A stretch of 64,000 nucleotides of DNA from Takakia lepidozioides (Eukaryota > Plantae > Bryophyta): positions 74,090,001 through 74,154,000 of the forward strand of contig CM060733.1 in assembly GCA_030704615.1 (NCBI GenBank). The letters run 5' to 3'. Position 1 is the stretch's first letter; each line of letters begins with the position of its first letter. Both the position numbers and the translations under genes were made by a program. Under the pieces are notes generated by a model. The model saw only the letters and a program-made list of their open reading frames with translations, was not told where the DNA came from and made no database searches. Below, one piece after another: positions 49,645-61,548 of this stretch.

Positions 49645-50367
49645 TGTCGCGGCCCTTTGCCTTGAGGGCAGGGGGTCGGGACACATGAGGGGCTGCCCCT
49701 GTGGTGGGGCAGCGACAGCGATAGGTATGGGGGGCTGAAGCACCCTGAGTGCCCAAGGCACTCAGGGAAGCGGAGGCGCTCACTAGGTGGAGCCGCCCCA
49801 CACCAGGTTGCGGTGGGGGTGGCTCCACAAGGGGTGGTGGTAGCTTAGCGGGACTTAGTGGGGGTGGCATAGGACTCACCATGGGGGCGGAGACTCGTGG
49901 TGGGAGTCGTGGGGAGTCTGGGACTCATCACGTCCATAGGGGCCGTGGTGAGCGAGCCAAGACTCACCGCGACTCATCAACGGGAGTCGAGGGTTTTCGT
50001 GGTGGTTCGCAATAAAATGGCATGGCTGGTTGTGAAACCCCCGCAGACAGCTACAGAAGTATATATAGCGAGTAGTAACCCCGAGAACGGTGCAAGCCCG
50101 TTGGTGACCAAAAACTAGTGAGTAAGCGAGCGAGCCGGAAAGCGACCAAAGAGTGGGGAGCTGTTCCGGACTGCCATCTACCAAAGGGAATTCTCCTAGT
50201 CCCAAATAGGTGGAGGGTTCAGTGGGAAGTGAAGGGGGACCGTTATGCCCCGGTGAGCAGCCAAAGCTCCAAGTTGGCCCGGGCGGCCAGGTTGGGAGTC
50301 AGAGGTCGCGCACCTCACTTCGGTAAGCTCCCCTCAAGTCATAGTTACTCACTTCGATGCGCGGACA
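49645..50367 (+). mobile_element. 5' LTR, partner of the LTR at 14241, with its last ~60 bp inverted
   Basis: TGTCGCGGCC start; flank CCGAA; 50305-50363 is the reverse complement of the normal LTR end. Confidence 0.85.
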
Positions 50368-50404
50368 GGACGTTGAGGGAAACGGCAGTAAGTAGCGGCG
50401 GGGG

Positions 50405-51187
50405 GGGACTAGAAGAACGCGAGCGTTGTTGAAGCTCGCAAAGTACAACATTGCCAAAGCTAGGAAAGAATCGGAAGCGGAGGGAAGTGAAGTTTGAGGC
50501 AGGCACGGAGGTCTGGTTGAACATCAAGAATTTCCGACTACCTCCGGAAGTGAGTCCCAAGTTTGTACCTCCGTATGCGGGACCTTTTTGCATTCGGAAG
50601 GTTATGAATGAGGATGTGTATGAATTGGAGCTACCGGCAAACAGCAAGGTGCACCCAGTATTCCATGTCTCCCTTTTGAAGCCTTACTTCAAAGATGAAG
50701 CGCGCCTGAATCGGCATCAAGGTTGCGTCCGCCACCTATGCTGTTGGATCATGAAAATGAACCTAAGTACGAGGTGGAGGCAATACTTAAGTCGAGGAGG
50801 TTCAGGAACCGAGAAACGGAGTTATCTCGTCAAATGAAGGGCTACATCTTGTGGAGGCATCTTGGTGCGGTGCCTCAAAATGGGGAAACGCATCCGAGGC
50901 GGTTGCAGCTTGAAGGGCAAAACCTAAAAAGCGGAAGAAGCGTTGATGGGGACATCAACGTTGGAGCGTGGGGGAGGAATGCATGCTTAGCCCGGCTTAG
51001 CTAGCTTAGGAATCCGATTGCAAAAATTGTATTGTACAAAAATTTGTTATAAAGGAAATGGGTTCCAAATTCTGTGCGTCCTATTTTGTTTGAATGGTGA
51101 TGCATGGTGTGGTTGGCTAGTGTGTAGAATGCATGCTAGCTTACAAAAGTGGGAGAGGTAAATTGGGTTAATCGTTGTGTTGAGTAG
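50405..51187 (+). mobile_element. Chromovirus integrase tail, chromodomain and start of UTR
   Basis: ORFs 50451-50837 and 50723-51004; the UTR continues as the reverse complement of 15638 leftwards. Confidence 0.9.
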
Positions 51188-51265
51188 GGGGGGTGCTATT
51201 CCGTGAGCCCGGAGGCGTGAACCTGTGAGCCCAGGAAACCGTGAGCCCAGCACAGGCTCACGCCA
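51188..51265 (+). mobile_element. Terminus of element C (MTase side)
   Basis: GGGGGGTGCTATTCCGTGAGC plus GTGAGC repeats. Confidence 0.8.
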
Positions 51266-51934
51266 CGTCAGCATGCATACAGGGCCTATTTCCGCGGATG
51301 TCACCTATTACCGCGGGTTGAACAGCCATTTCCGGGAATGCAGACTGGATGTATTACATCCATTGTATCCATCCTTGTATCCACTGATCCATCTAGACGT
51401 ATCAAAGATTTTCCTTCATATAAAGAATTAATCCAGGTTTTCCAGATATCCTCTAGAAAATCTTCACACAAGCATCAATTGCTGTGTGTAATTGCCCAAA
51501 AACTAGGCCTCAGGAGGGCCTGGGCTTTTGGCTCAGCCTCGAGACTGTCGGGAGCTTAAGGACGGAAAGCCAAACTCTGCATTGGAATGTGGGTACGTTG
51601 TGAGGAGGTGCACACTGACATCATCTAAAGCGGATCCCTGCAAAATCTTTTCTTACTCACCACCTTTGCGAACATGCCAAGTATGTGCGGGAGCATCATG
51701 GATGCTCACCAGATTGAGAATGCTGAACGATCTTTGATCACGTGGACTTCACCTCGATGGATTCACCAAGCATTCTTCTAGCAGGAATGGTTTGGAGACA
51801 AGCGAGCAAATGATGCGAGAATGTTGTACACGAACCAAAGTCGATTGTTTGTTTGAAATGCACTCAAGCCTGTGAGGTCCACAAAACTCTAAATAGATTG
51901 AAGGAACAATCCGGGCAGTCCATGCAATCGACGG

Positions 51935-52925
51935 ATGAATTTCGGCGCCGAAATTCGTCCAAACCCGGCACTTACTTTTTGCTTTTGGATGATAATTTTC
52001 CGTAAATCGTTGGTTGGAAATACCCCGTTCCGACGAATAGAACAGGAATATTCTGCATTTAATGGGAAATCGGCATATTAAACCACTTCTGTCAAAATTA
52101 ATTGCATTTTAGCCGTTCTTTTTCATTTGAACCGACAGTATCCATGAAGTGGGCTTTTTCGCACGGGACGTTGCCGCACATAAAGTATAATTTCGGCGCC
52201 GAAAAATAGTTAAATGTCCAGAAATGGCAGTCCAACAGGCATGGACAACATCCGTCAGGGGCAATAATGGCGGCAAAGCATAGCATCGTGCCGATTTAGT
52301 CTTCGCTCTGGATGAATTCGGCGCCGAAATATGGATGATTTCACCTCGTCTACGCGCGGACGGACATATTCGTAATGAATTTCGGCGCCGAAATATGGAT
52401 GAAATGTGCCGAAGTGCAGCCGTTTCGTTGTCCGGAATTAATTCCGGCTCCGATATCCCACCGACAGGTTTGCTCATGACGAATGAGGACTTGGGAAGCG
52501 ATGAATTTCGGCGCCGAAATATGGACGATTTCACCTCGTCTACGTGCGGACGGACATATTCGTAATGAATTTCGGCGCCGAAATATGGATGAAATGTGCG
52601 AAGTGCAGCCGTTTCCGTTGTCCCGGAATTAATTCCGGCTCCGATATCCCACCGACAGGTTTGCTCATGACGAATGAGGACTTGGGAAGCGATGAATTGC
52701 GGCGCCGAAATTTGTAAGTTTGTGTATGAAAGCACTTGAATAGGATGAATTTCGGCGCCGAAATTCATCCGTCCGCTGATGAAACGTACCGACCTGACTG
52801 TTGAATGTCATATGCAGGGGATTTTCATGGCGGTTGGGTTTCATGATGTGCGGATATTTCATTCAATGCCGGCTGCTCCGGGAACCGCATCGGTGAACGG
52901 AACGTATTTCGGTGCCGCAATTCGG
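51935..52925. repeat. Family B palindrome array, ParB-side half
   Basis: GATGAATTTCGGCGCCGAAAT copies; ~185-bp direct duplication within 52315-52700. Confidence 0.9.
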
Positions 52926-53172
52926 ATAAACCGTCATACACTGGTGGCTGGAACTGGCACGCGTCGTGTTCCAGTCGACTTCATCCGTGCGAAACGTGTC
53001 AGGGGTCACAATCTTTCATCACCCATACGACAGAAAGTGGTGGACGGTGGCAACGCTTCGGGAGACGTGGCTGCTTACGCATCTGCTCGTGCATAGTGGT
53101 TGCATGTTCCACCGCTTCGCTCTCTCGCTCCTTGCCCTTCTGCAGTGACGTTCTCCTGCGTTTCCTCTCCTT

Positions 53173-56100
53173 ATGCGGCATAGTGGTAGCATAGAGTTTG
53201 TGGAAGGTCAGGCGACTCCGGCAAAGAGGAGGACGCGGGATTTTGGGAAGCCGCCGACGACACGACTTAAGCTCCGTCTCATGCATGAAATGCAGACGTC
53301 GTTATCCGGAGACTCGGATCGCCCACCAGTGAGAGATTCGTGCTTCGCGGATGTGAAGCACTCCATACGCAATATTCCTTTTACACCTTTGTTTTGGCGT
53401 GCAGTTCAGTGTTTCATGTTTTCCTGTTTGTTTGACATGGGAGCTGGGGAGAGGGATCGTAGGGGGGCGAGGCAACACAGTCAACTTTGGATACTCCTGC
53501 CCGGGTGCTGCGCTCACAAGGTGGAAGTGCATCGAGGCAGACGAGTCCTCATTCAACACCTCAGATATCGCCTCCGAAAAGCCCACCTAGAGTTCGGAAG
53601 CCGAGAAAGCAGAAGGAGCCCATGGCTTCGCCAGTAAAACCCCTAGGGAGACTGGAAGCGGAGATATTGGGTTTGCAGTCAATTTCAGAAAACACAGATG
53701 CGGTGGAGGCCGCTGGAGATGTGGGAGTCGGATCTGCAGAAGGGCGGCCCATTCAACTGACAGAAGGAGAGGACGATAACGTGGTACGACTTGGCGACGA
53801 TCAGAACCTGCTGGAGCTTGCGGAGGAGCAAAACCTGCATGACAGTACACAGGCTGGTGAGAGGGGTGAGGGAAGTGACAGAGGTGATACAAGTAAGAAC
53901 TGGTGGCAGGTATGCTCATGAGCGCACGAGACATGAACATAGCAGCAAACAGGTTGCTGGCAGAGACTCATAGCAACATAGGCCGCGTTTTGGGCTCCAT
54001 GGTGTATCCCGAGAACCTTAAAGTTCCTTTGTGTCGCATGGTAAGCCTTCCAGTTGTAAGGCAAGCACTGCCAGGGGATATCGATCGACTGAAGCACAAC
54101 TTCAGAGAAGGGTACAGACGGGGGTCGGCAGCATTCTACGTTTCCATTGAGAATGACCAGGGTGTCACAAGGGGCCCCACTGCAGAGGAGCTTCAGAATT
54201 GGGGCCCCCACTGGCACACTGTTAATGCCGAGTTTGAAGCCTATCTGAAGACTAATCCCACATTCGCACACATGGAAGGGAAGATGTTCTTCGTTTGGGA
54301 CGGGAACCACAGGATGCTTGCCCGGACAGAGTACATTGCTGAAATGCATCCGCAAGATATCAGTTGGCATTACATGGTGGACTGCATTGTCGTGAAGGTG
54401 GACGTCAGGGACAGAGGACTGTTGAAGGGTGCCATGGCGGATATAAATCTGTAAGTATACAATTACATCCTTGTGTACTGCCTATTGCGGCGCCGAAATA
54501 GGCAATGTTCACCACTGTCATGCACTCTATGAACTGGAAATTGGATTGCTGTGCTGAAATCATATTTTCATGTTGTTTTTTTCTCCATGGCAGGGTAACA
54601 GAGAGGGCCTTCGTGGAAACTCATCTGGCACATACGCTCTACAGAGTGCAAGAAGTGGGGACAGCTCCGCTGACGGACTTCCAAAAGTCCCTCGATCCTG
54701 AGCTGTACAGGAAGTCCCTAGCGAAAGCAGATCGCACCTGGTACCGACCAACGCTGGACGCCATGGTGGAGATCCTCTATTCGGTGAGGTTCATCTCAAA
54801 TTTCAGTATCAATTTAATGTTATTTGTTGCAGGGATCCGTGGCCTGACTGTATCTGCTGGGTATGGGAATGCAGACGAACATCAGGGATGACTTGGCCTA
54901 TGCCAAAAGGCAATTCTTTGAGAATGATGCCCCAACAAGGCGGACGCGTCGATAGAGAGTCATATTGTGCAGGCAGGGAAGCAATCCTGGACCAAGTACA
55001 GGTCCAAACTTGTTAAGCAAGTTGCAATCGCTGACCCTGGTCTTGGTGCCGAGTTCCTGGCGGAGATAGGACTGCATTACTCTAGACCCATGAAACCGGA
55101 AATGTCCATGGAGAAACTTCATCACATCGCAGTGTCCTGTGTTGAGCCGGCGGAGAAGGTAAGCATGTGTTATTCTTGTTTTGTGACTTCTCGCGATTCT
55201 TATGTTGGAGCTCTTGTCTGACCGATGTGAGGTGGCTGCAGACGAGGTGGCTGCGAATCTGGAACGGCCATACAAACACGAAGCTGCTGTACCACTTTCC
55301 CATCGAGCCACAGACGACAAAATGAACGACTGGCTCAATGTCATGACTTGGTGGCATCAGGTATAATTTTCTCCTATTCTGTGTTGGACATCGTCGCAAT
55401 TTCAAAATCATGAATGTTTTGGAAACCTGCCATGATGCAGGTACTGACCCATGCCCAGGAGCAATTGGACTACAACACCACCACTTTCAAGTTACAGATC
55501 GACTGGACGAAGCCTGAGACAATGGAGAACTACGTGCAGTCGTGGCGAGGGCGCTTCGCAAACCTCTTTTTCAGAGAAATTGCAAAGGCAAGACGCAGCG
55601 TATACATCGAAGAGCAGGAGGGTGCCGACAAAGCGGCAATGCGTGTCCTGTTCAGGTAATCTGCTGACAATGCATCCCCCTATTTGCAGTTTAGATGATT
55701 TGGTTAAGCAGCGATGGATATTGCGGCGCCGAAATATACCTCTGCAAGATGTGAGTTCTGGGTAATTGGGGCACGGTCCACTCCGTATTTCGGTGCCGAA
55801 ATACCTTGTGCATTGACAACTTCCACTTGCATGATGCATCGGTAGAATGATTTTTGTTGAACTGCCTCGTGATTGTAGGTACATAAACTTTGCACTCATT
55901 CCGTCCGGAGCCATTCAAAGGGTTCCACCATTCTTCCTGGCGTGGAGGACACCTGGAGGTCGTGGAACGATGTACACAGAAGTAATGGTGAAGGAGTGGC
56001 ATGCCGAGCATTTGGTAAACTGCCCCTGGTATGTGGATCTCCCAAGTGGGACCGTTGACCTCTCGGAGGTTAACTTGAAGAAGGAAGCGAATGCCAGGGC

Positions 56101-58341
56101 TATGAAGGCGCAATCGGATCCCCAACCAGAGGACGCGGAAAGACTGAAAGCAGAGGAGGCAGCCAAGCAGAAAGCACTGAGAAAGTCAGCCAAGGCGGCA
56201 GCGTTGGCGAAGGAGCAGATGGAGAAGCAGGCAGCTGAGCAGCCCAAGGACAGGAAGAAAAGAACGCGCAAACAGGGGCAAGAGACGAAGACCCCCACAC
56301 CCAAGAAGAAGAAGCAGCAACACAGTCAGCCAGATGAGGAGGATTCGGACGACGATTTCCAGCAGGAAAACACCCAGGGGGCCACACCTCGTCCGAAAAT
56401 TCACAAGGGCCAGCGCTCCGGGGGTCGGCTGCGAAGAGATCACTATACGAGGATGCACCTGGCAGACCCTACCGTGCGGTGCAGATTGCGGGCAGGGAAG
56501 TCCTCAAAACACCCACAATTGTGGAGTGTGTTAATGAAAATTTCCTAACTGCTCTGACCAGAAGGCTGGAGATAACGAGTTTGAGGAAGGCGATCGAGGC
56601 CCACCAGGGGAAGGGGAAGAGGAAGGCCACTGGCAATGATATGGAGGACACTCCTGGCTACACAAAGATGATGGAGTATTTTGTGGCGATGAGCCACGGC
56701 AAAAAGAGCACAGTCGGGGGCAGGGCGGTGAAAGCCTCCATCGACATGATCCTTGTGGATATCCCGGATGGGCAGGAGATACTGGGGCTGGGCTCAGTTC
56801 CCTGGTGGAACAAGTACGACGAACGATACTGGAGCCACACATTCGGGTTCGCAGCCAACATGTTGGACGACGTTGGCTGTGTTGTTGTGCTAGTAGCCGA
56901 TGGAGAAGTCACTGAGAATGATATCAAAGTATGGACGGGGAGAAGTGCAGCACCCATCCTGAAAAAGATCTGGACTTGCATCAACACGCAGGGTCTTCTC
57001 AACGATGGCCAGAAGGTATGCTGTGGTTCTCCTCTGCTATGTCAATTTCTGGGCCGAAATTGCCCTGTACATGTAGGCCACCTCTGACGTTTTCATTTCC
57101 TTCTCTGCAGACTCTTATCTTTCAGGCATTTTGCTTCGTGAAGGAACATTTGAAATTCAAATTACGTGAAGCAGGAAGACTTGTTGATTCCACAGTTGAT
57201 CCACTGGAGTATAACGTCCTGTTCAACCATGTGGGAGAGAAGGACATTCTTTGTGATTTGTCGGGCAAGCCATGGAGGTATGGCAGGACCAGGAGTCCTG
57301 CATTCATCCAGACGCTCATGGAAACGTGTATGGATGTTGAAGGCAGGGTCCTTGACGTCACTGCAAATACAGGTGAGAACGTTAATTGAATGCGGCACCG
57401 AAATTGACACCATTTCCGTTTCTGTATGTTTGCTTGTGCGAGGAAGCGACTCATTCTTGAGTTTGGCTGTGGTTGTCGTATGAATTCGCAGGTGCCTGTA
57501 TGTGGGCGGGAAGGATGTCGAACCGATTTGTGTTCTCATTTGAGGGGGATACGGCCTTGTACGATTACAATTTGGCGGGCCTTCAGCGTCTGCCTCCGAC
57601 TGAGGATCCCAAAAACGCAGAAGAGGACGTGGAAGGAGAGGAGGAAGATGAAGAGGAGGAAGTCCGGGAAATTCGTTCGATGCAGGGGCGCCCGAAGCCG
57701 CTTCCCCCAATGCCTGTCTTCGAGTGAGTTGCACCATAGTAAGTGTATTGGTTTCGGTTGTAGGGACCATGCAACCTGCCGATGATTCCCTGTTTGAATT
57801 CTCTAATGTACTTCATTCTATGTTTGTGCGTACACTCGGCCTTGCAGAGTCGTCCGACGAGGAGAAGCTGGGAGACTTGCTCGAATCGGACCCTGTTGCA
57901 GAGGAGGAGACAGAATCGCATCGGCCATTCTTTGCCAGAAAATCGTTTCTCGCGAGTCCCCAGAAGCCCTTTTTTCTACCAGCCTATGCAGACACGGCTG
58001 CCAAAGAAGCCATCAGGAGGGAGGATAGGCCTACTCGGTTAGAGCAATTGACATACGGGAATGAGCAGAGAATTATAATGAGGCGTGAGGCCAAACATAG
58101 AATTGTGAAAGGCAGAGTAGGGAAGTTCGTAATAGAATCCGCGTCCGAGAGCGAGGGGAATGTCGAGGAGACTTCCGCACCCAGGTGGACAGTTCCGGCT
58201 GGTGAGGATGGTATTTTTGAGGGGAGGGCTTCTCAGAGTAACAGCGGTAGCGGCAGTGCAGGTTCGGAGGCAGGTGGAAGGCAGCCATCCTTGCATGAGG
58301 GCGGGGATGCATCGGACAGTGATAGCGGATCCTCACCATAG
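53173..58341 (+). pseudogene. Family B ParB/Srx-like plus amino-MTase-like fusion gene
   Basis: FFVWDGNHRMLA; MILVDIPDG; RSPAFIQTLMETCMDVEGRVLDVTANTG; intron donors at 54451, 54784, 55159, 55360, 55656, 57016 and 57373 match those of A; 57848-58341 is homologous to the last exon of A (splice phase unresolved); a few frameshifts; start codon uncertain. Confidence 0.8.
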
Positions 58342-58584
58342 CAAAGTCTCATTTGGATCCTTTTGTTGTACAGTTCTGAAACACTTAATGAATATATTGA
58401 CGATTTGAAAAATCATTGTGTTCAGACTGCTTGTCCATTCCCTACATTTCTTCCGCCAACCAAAATCTATAATAAAAGCAGAAGAGACGCAAACTTCAGT
58501 GAAGAACCCTACAAGTAATTTATGCACACCATCGACCCGAGAACTTGAAGCCATGAAAACCCTGCCGTTTCTAACATTCCTATT

Positions 58585-58870
58585 GGGAAATTTGGCGCCG
58601 AAATAGCCCAGTTTGCGCCTTCGTTATATGGGCCTCAAAAATTCCACGGATGAATTACTGCACCAAAATATTGCGATGGAAGCCTTCAGCACAAGGCACT
58701 TCACCACATTCCACTTGGGTATTTCGGCGCCGAAATTGCCCGTTCTGCGCCTTTAAATACCGCACTATATCACATTTTAAGAGGTAATTTCGGTGCCGAA
58801 ATACCCCGGTGGATGTCTTCAAAACACCATTTTAGCACACTGCTCTTGGGAATAACGGCGCCGAAATTCC
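58585..58870. repeat. Family B downstream palindromes
   Basis: ATTTCGGCGCCGAAAT and variants at 58590, 58721, 58787 and 58852. Confidence 0.8.
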
Positions 58871-58964
58871 TCATTCCGCATCCTGGACCAGGAGAAACAG
58901 ACCCTATTACCGAGGTAAGAGGACATAACACCGTCAATAAAGGCAGGAAAATTCCAATTCCGCG

Positions 58965-59032
58965 GATGCCCGCTCATGAGCTCATAGGCTCATAGGCTCA
59001 TGGGCTCATGCGCTCATGAAATAGTAAACCTC
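58965..59032 (-). mobile_element. Terminus of element B (ParB side)
   Basis: (GCTCAT)n-GAAATAGTAAACCTC followed by GATTTGTCTG, the reverse complement of CAGACAAATC. Confidence 0.85.
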
Positions 59033-61548
59033 GATTTGTCTGGAGTTGCTAAATGTGAGACACCGTGTTCGATCAATAAAACAACCCATCGTACATCACT
59101 TCTGTGTGTTGGTGTTTCATTGTGTTCAAGAACTGCCGTTATTGGCCCACTGTTTAAAATTTGTGGTCTCATTTCTACAATGTGTCTGTCCATATGAATA
59201 TACCAGAGTCAGCGAAATCAGAGTCCTGAGGTGAAGGAAATCCATGTATGAGTAAAAGGAAACATGTACATGCTGAAGCTCGGAAATTTTTCTCCATGCA
59301 GCTCCCTTTCCTCTGTTGTGGTCGTAACGGAAATGCTGTAACGCATTTCATTTCTTGACATGGCATTACCATACTTCGAATTGGAAATGCGGCACCGCAT
59401 TTCCATATTGGACCTTGAATTGTCTGAGCATGTCCAATCGCCAATGCTTGTCCATGTCCATTCTCGAAATGCGGCACCGCATTTCCATGTCCGTCATCGA
59501 AATTTCGTACTGGACAATGGAATGCGGCACCGCATTTCCGTCCAGCACAATAGAATGCGGTGCCGCATTTCCGTCAAAGGGTCTGGAATTGGACAAACAA
59601 CGATGTCCGTTCTGAAAATGCGGCACCGCATTTCCATGTCCGTCATCAAAATTTCGTATTGGACAATGGAATGGGGTGCCGCATTTCCGTTCAACAAGAC
59701 GGAAAGCCCACACAGGTCTGGAATTAGACAAACAACGATGTCTGTTTTGGAAATGCGGCACCGCATTTCCATGCCCTCGCCCTCACCTCGCTCAAAGCGG
59801 TAATAGCCCTCCAAATGCTCCATTGCGCACAAAGACTCCCGCTTGATTCCAAAAGCGTCAGTGAAAACAGAGAGCCAGACAATGATGTCTCCTGATTCTG
59901 GTTTGAACATAGCATAATCGTGGCCATGATAAGGGCAGTCAGCAGGATTTCGGCGGCACGGCATCCTTGAAAAAGATTAGCGGAGTACGCTCAATGACAG
60001 CAGCTCCTGGATGGAGGAGGCAGTAGCGCGGTGGCTGGAAGAAGTTCAAACAAACGCTGCAATTCCTCACAAACACTCCAGGGCACATTTAAATTTCCCC
60101 CCTACAGGAACCTGCACGGATGAAGATTGGCTGCTCCATGAATGTAGCCGTTTCAGTTTCCTTCCTTGCCATGCAAATTATGGGCAGTAAGTGCCAGGTG
60201 GGCCTATAGCCACCCAAGACGTCGAAGTCCATCCCCGCTTCGATGTAAATGCGGCGCCGAATTTCCATCCGGGGGATGGACTTCGGTGGCAGATTTCAAA
60301 CTATACCCCGTGGATGAGAAAGAGGTATCGGTTCATCCACCGTTGGCGTGATGAACACGTTACACGATGATTGGTGGGTACGTGGGACCCAGATGCTCCA
60401 TTATTGGAGCCCGCACTGCTCTTCCACTTCTCATCATTTTGAAAATCTAAGGGCTTCGTTGTTGTCCGCAAGGTCATTGTCATCGGCATCAAAGACGTCC
60501 TCAGGTCCTCCTTTGCAAGGATGCCGTGCTTCCGGAACCGGGACGACTGCCCTTATGGAGGCTTCGATTATGCAATGTATTCGGCCACATCGGGAGACAT
60601 CGTTATCTGGTACACAGTTTACACAGAAGATACTGGTTCGAATGTGGAAACATTGTCCGCTTTTGAGTATATCCCAGGCCACCACGCCTTCGAGCGGGGT
60701 GACGATCTTGGTCTGAGGAGTCTGTGGCTCCTGCGCATCCTTGATTCCAATTTTCCCAGCTACGACGGGCACCCATGCAGAAGAATACGCACTGCTATGC
60801 TGTTGCGGTGGAACTGCTGCCAGTGGACGTGGGTGGACTCCATCGGAGAGATGTATACTCCTGAAGGAGTGCACTCCTCTTCTCCATTGTATGGGGACAT
60901 TTGCATTGGTGTGGACGACGAAAATGTGAAGCTTTCCATATTCGATGGTGGTATGATTGAAGGGCACGACATTGTGGTGAACATCAACAGGGGCGGTACA
61001 ACGGCTGCAATCCAGTTTACCTGGAGGAGCCCGATGACTCATGAACTAGTTCTCAGAGCAGTCAAAGTCCCATTGACAACGTGACTTGTATTCAGAAAGC
61101 ACAGGGCTAAAGATTTGTTTGCACAATCAGCACAGTAGACGTGCTTCAAATGCAATTCATGTGGATCGATAAAAACCCCATTGTGCCCTCTTTTTGTTCT
61201 ATTTTGTATCCATCGTTTCCAGAATGCATCATTCCTCATTTCGTTTGGGATTGGGAGTGTGGGTGGATTTTGCAAGTGGTTGGTAGGCTGAAATGGGCCC
61301 TCATTCTACAGAGCAGTACCACCCTACCATTCGCGAAACATTGACTGTCAATTGGTAATTCTAAAAAACATTGCCGAACCTCGTTCATTGGGAGGTCCTT
61401 CTCCCCCTATGACCGTGACACCCTCAACCCTATTCCCGCAGACACTCATTTCTGGAAAATAGTCCTGCTCATGTTTTTTTTGACACTTAAGACTCTGCTC
61501 ATGGCTCATGCCGCTCATGGCTCATGGCTCATGAAATAGCAGCCCCCC
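59033..61548 (+). mobile_element. Right arm and terminus of element A3
   Basis: 59033-59773 is an inverted A segment including the palindrome array; ends (GCTCAT)n-GAAATAGCAGCCCCCC. Confidence 0.85.
60521..61084 (+). CDS. RWNCC accessory protein X2, 187 aa, intact, function unknown
   Basis: Uninterrupted ORF; motifs SGDIVIW, RWNCCQWT, DGGMIEGHDIVV conserved with X1 and the family B homolog. Confidence 0.75.
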   Translation: MPCFRNRDDCPYGGFDYAMYSATSGDIVIWYTVYTEDTGSNVETLSAFEYIPGHHAFERGDDLGLRSLWLLRILDSNFPSYDGHPCRRIRTAMLLRWNCCQWTWVDSIGEMYTPEGVHSSSPLYGDICIGVDDENVKLSIFDGGMIEGHDIVVNINRGGTTAAIQFTWRSPMTHELVLRAVKVPLTT

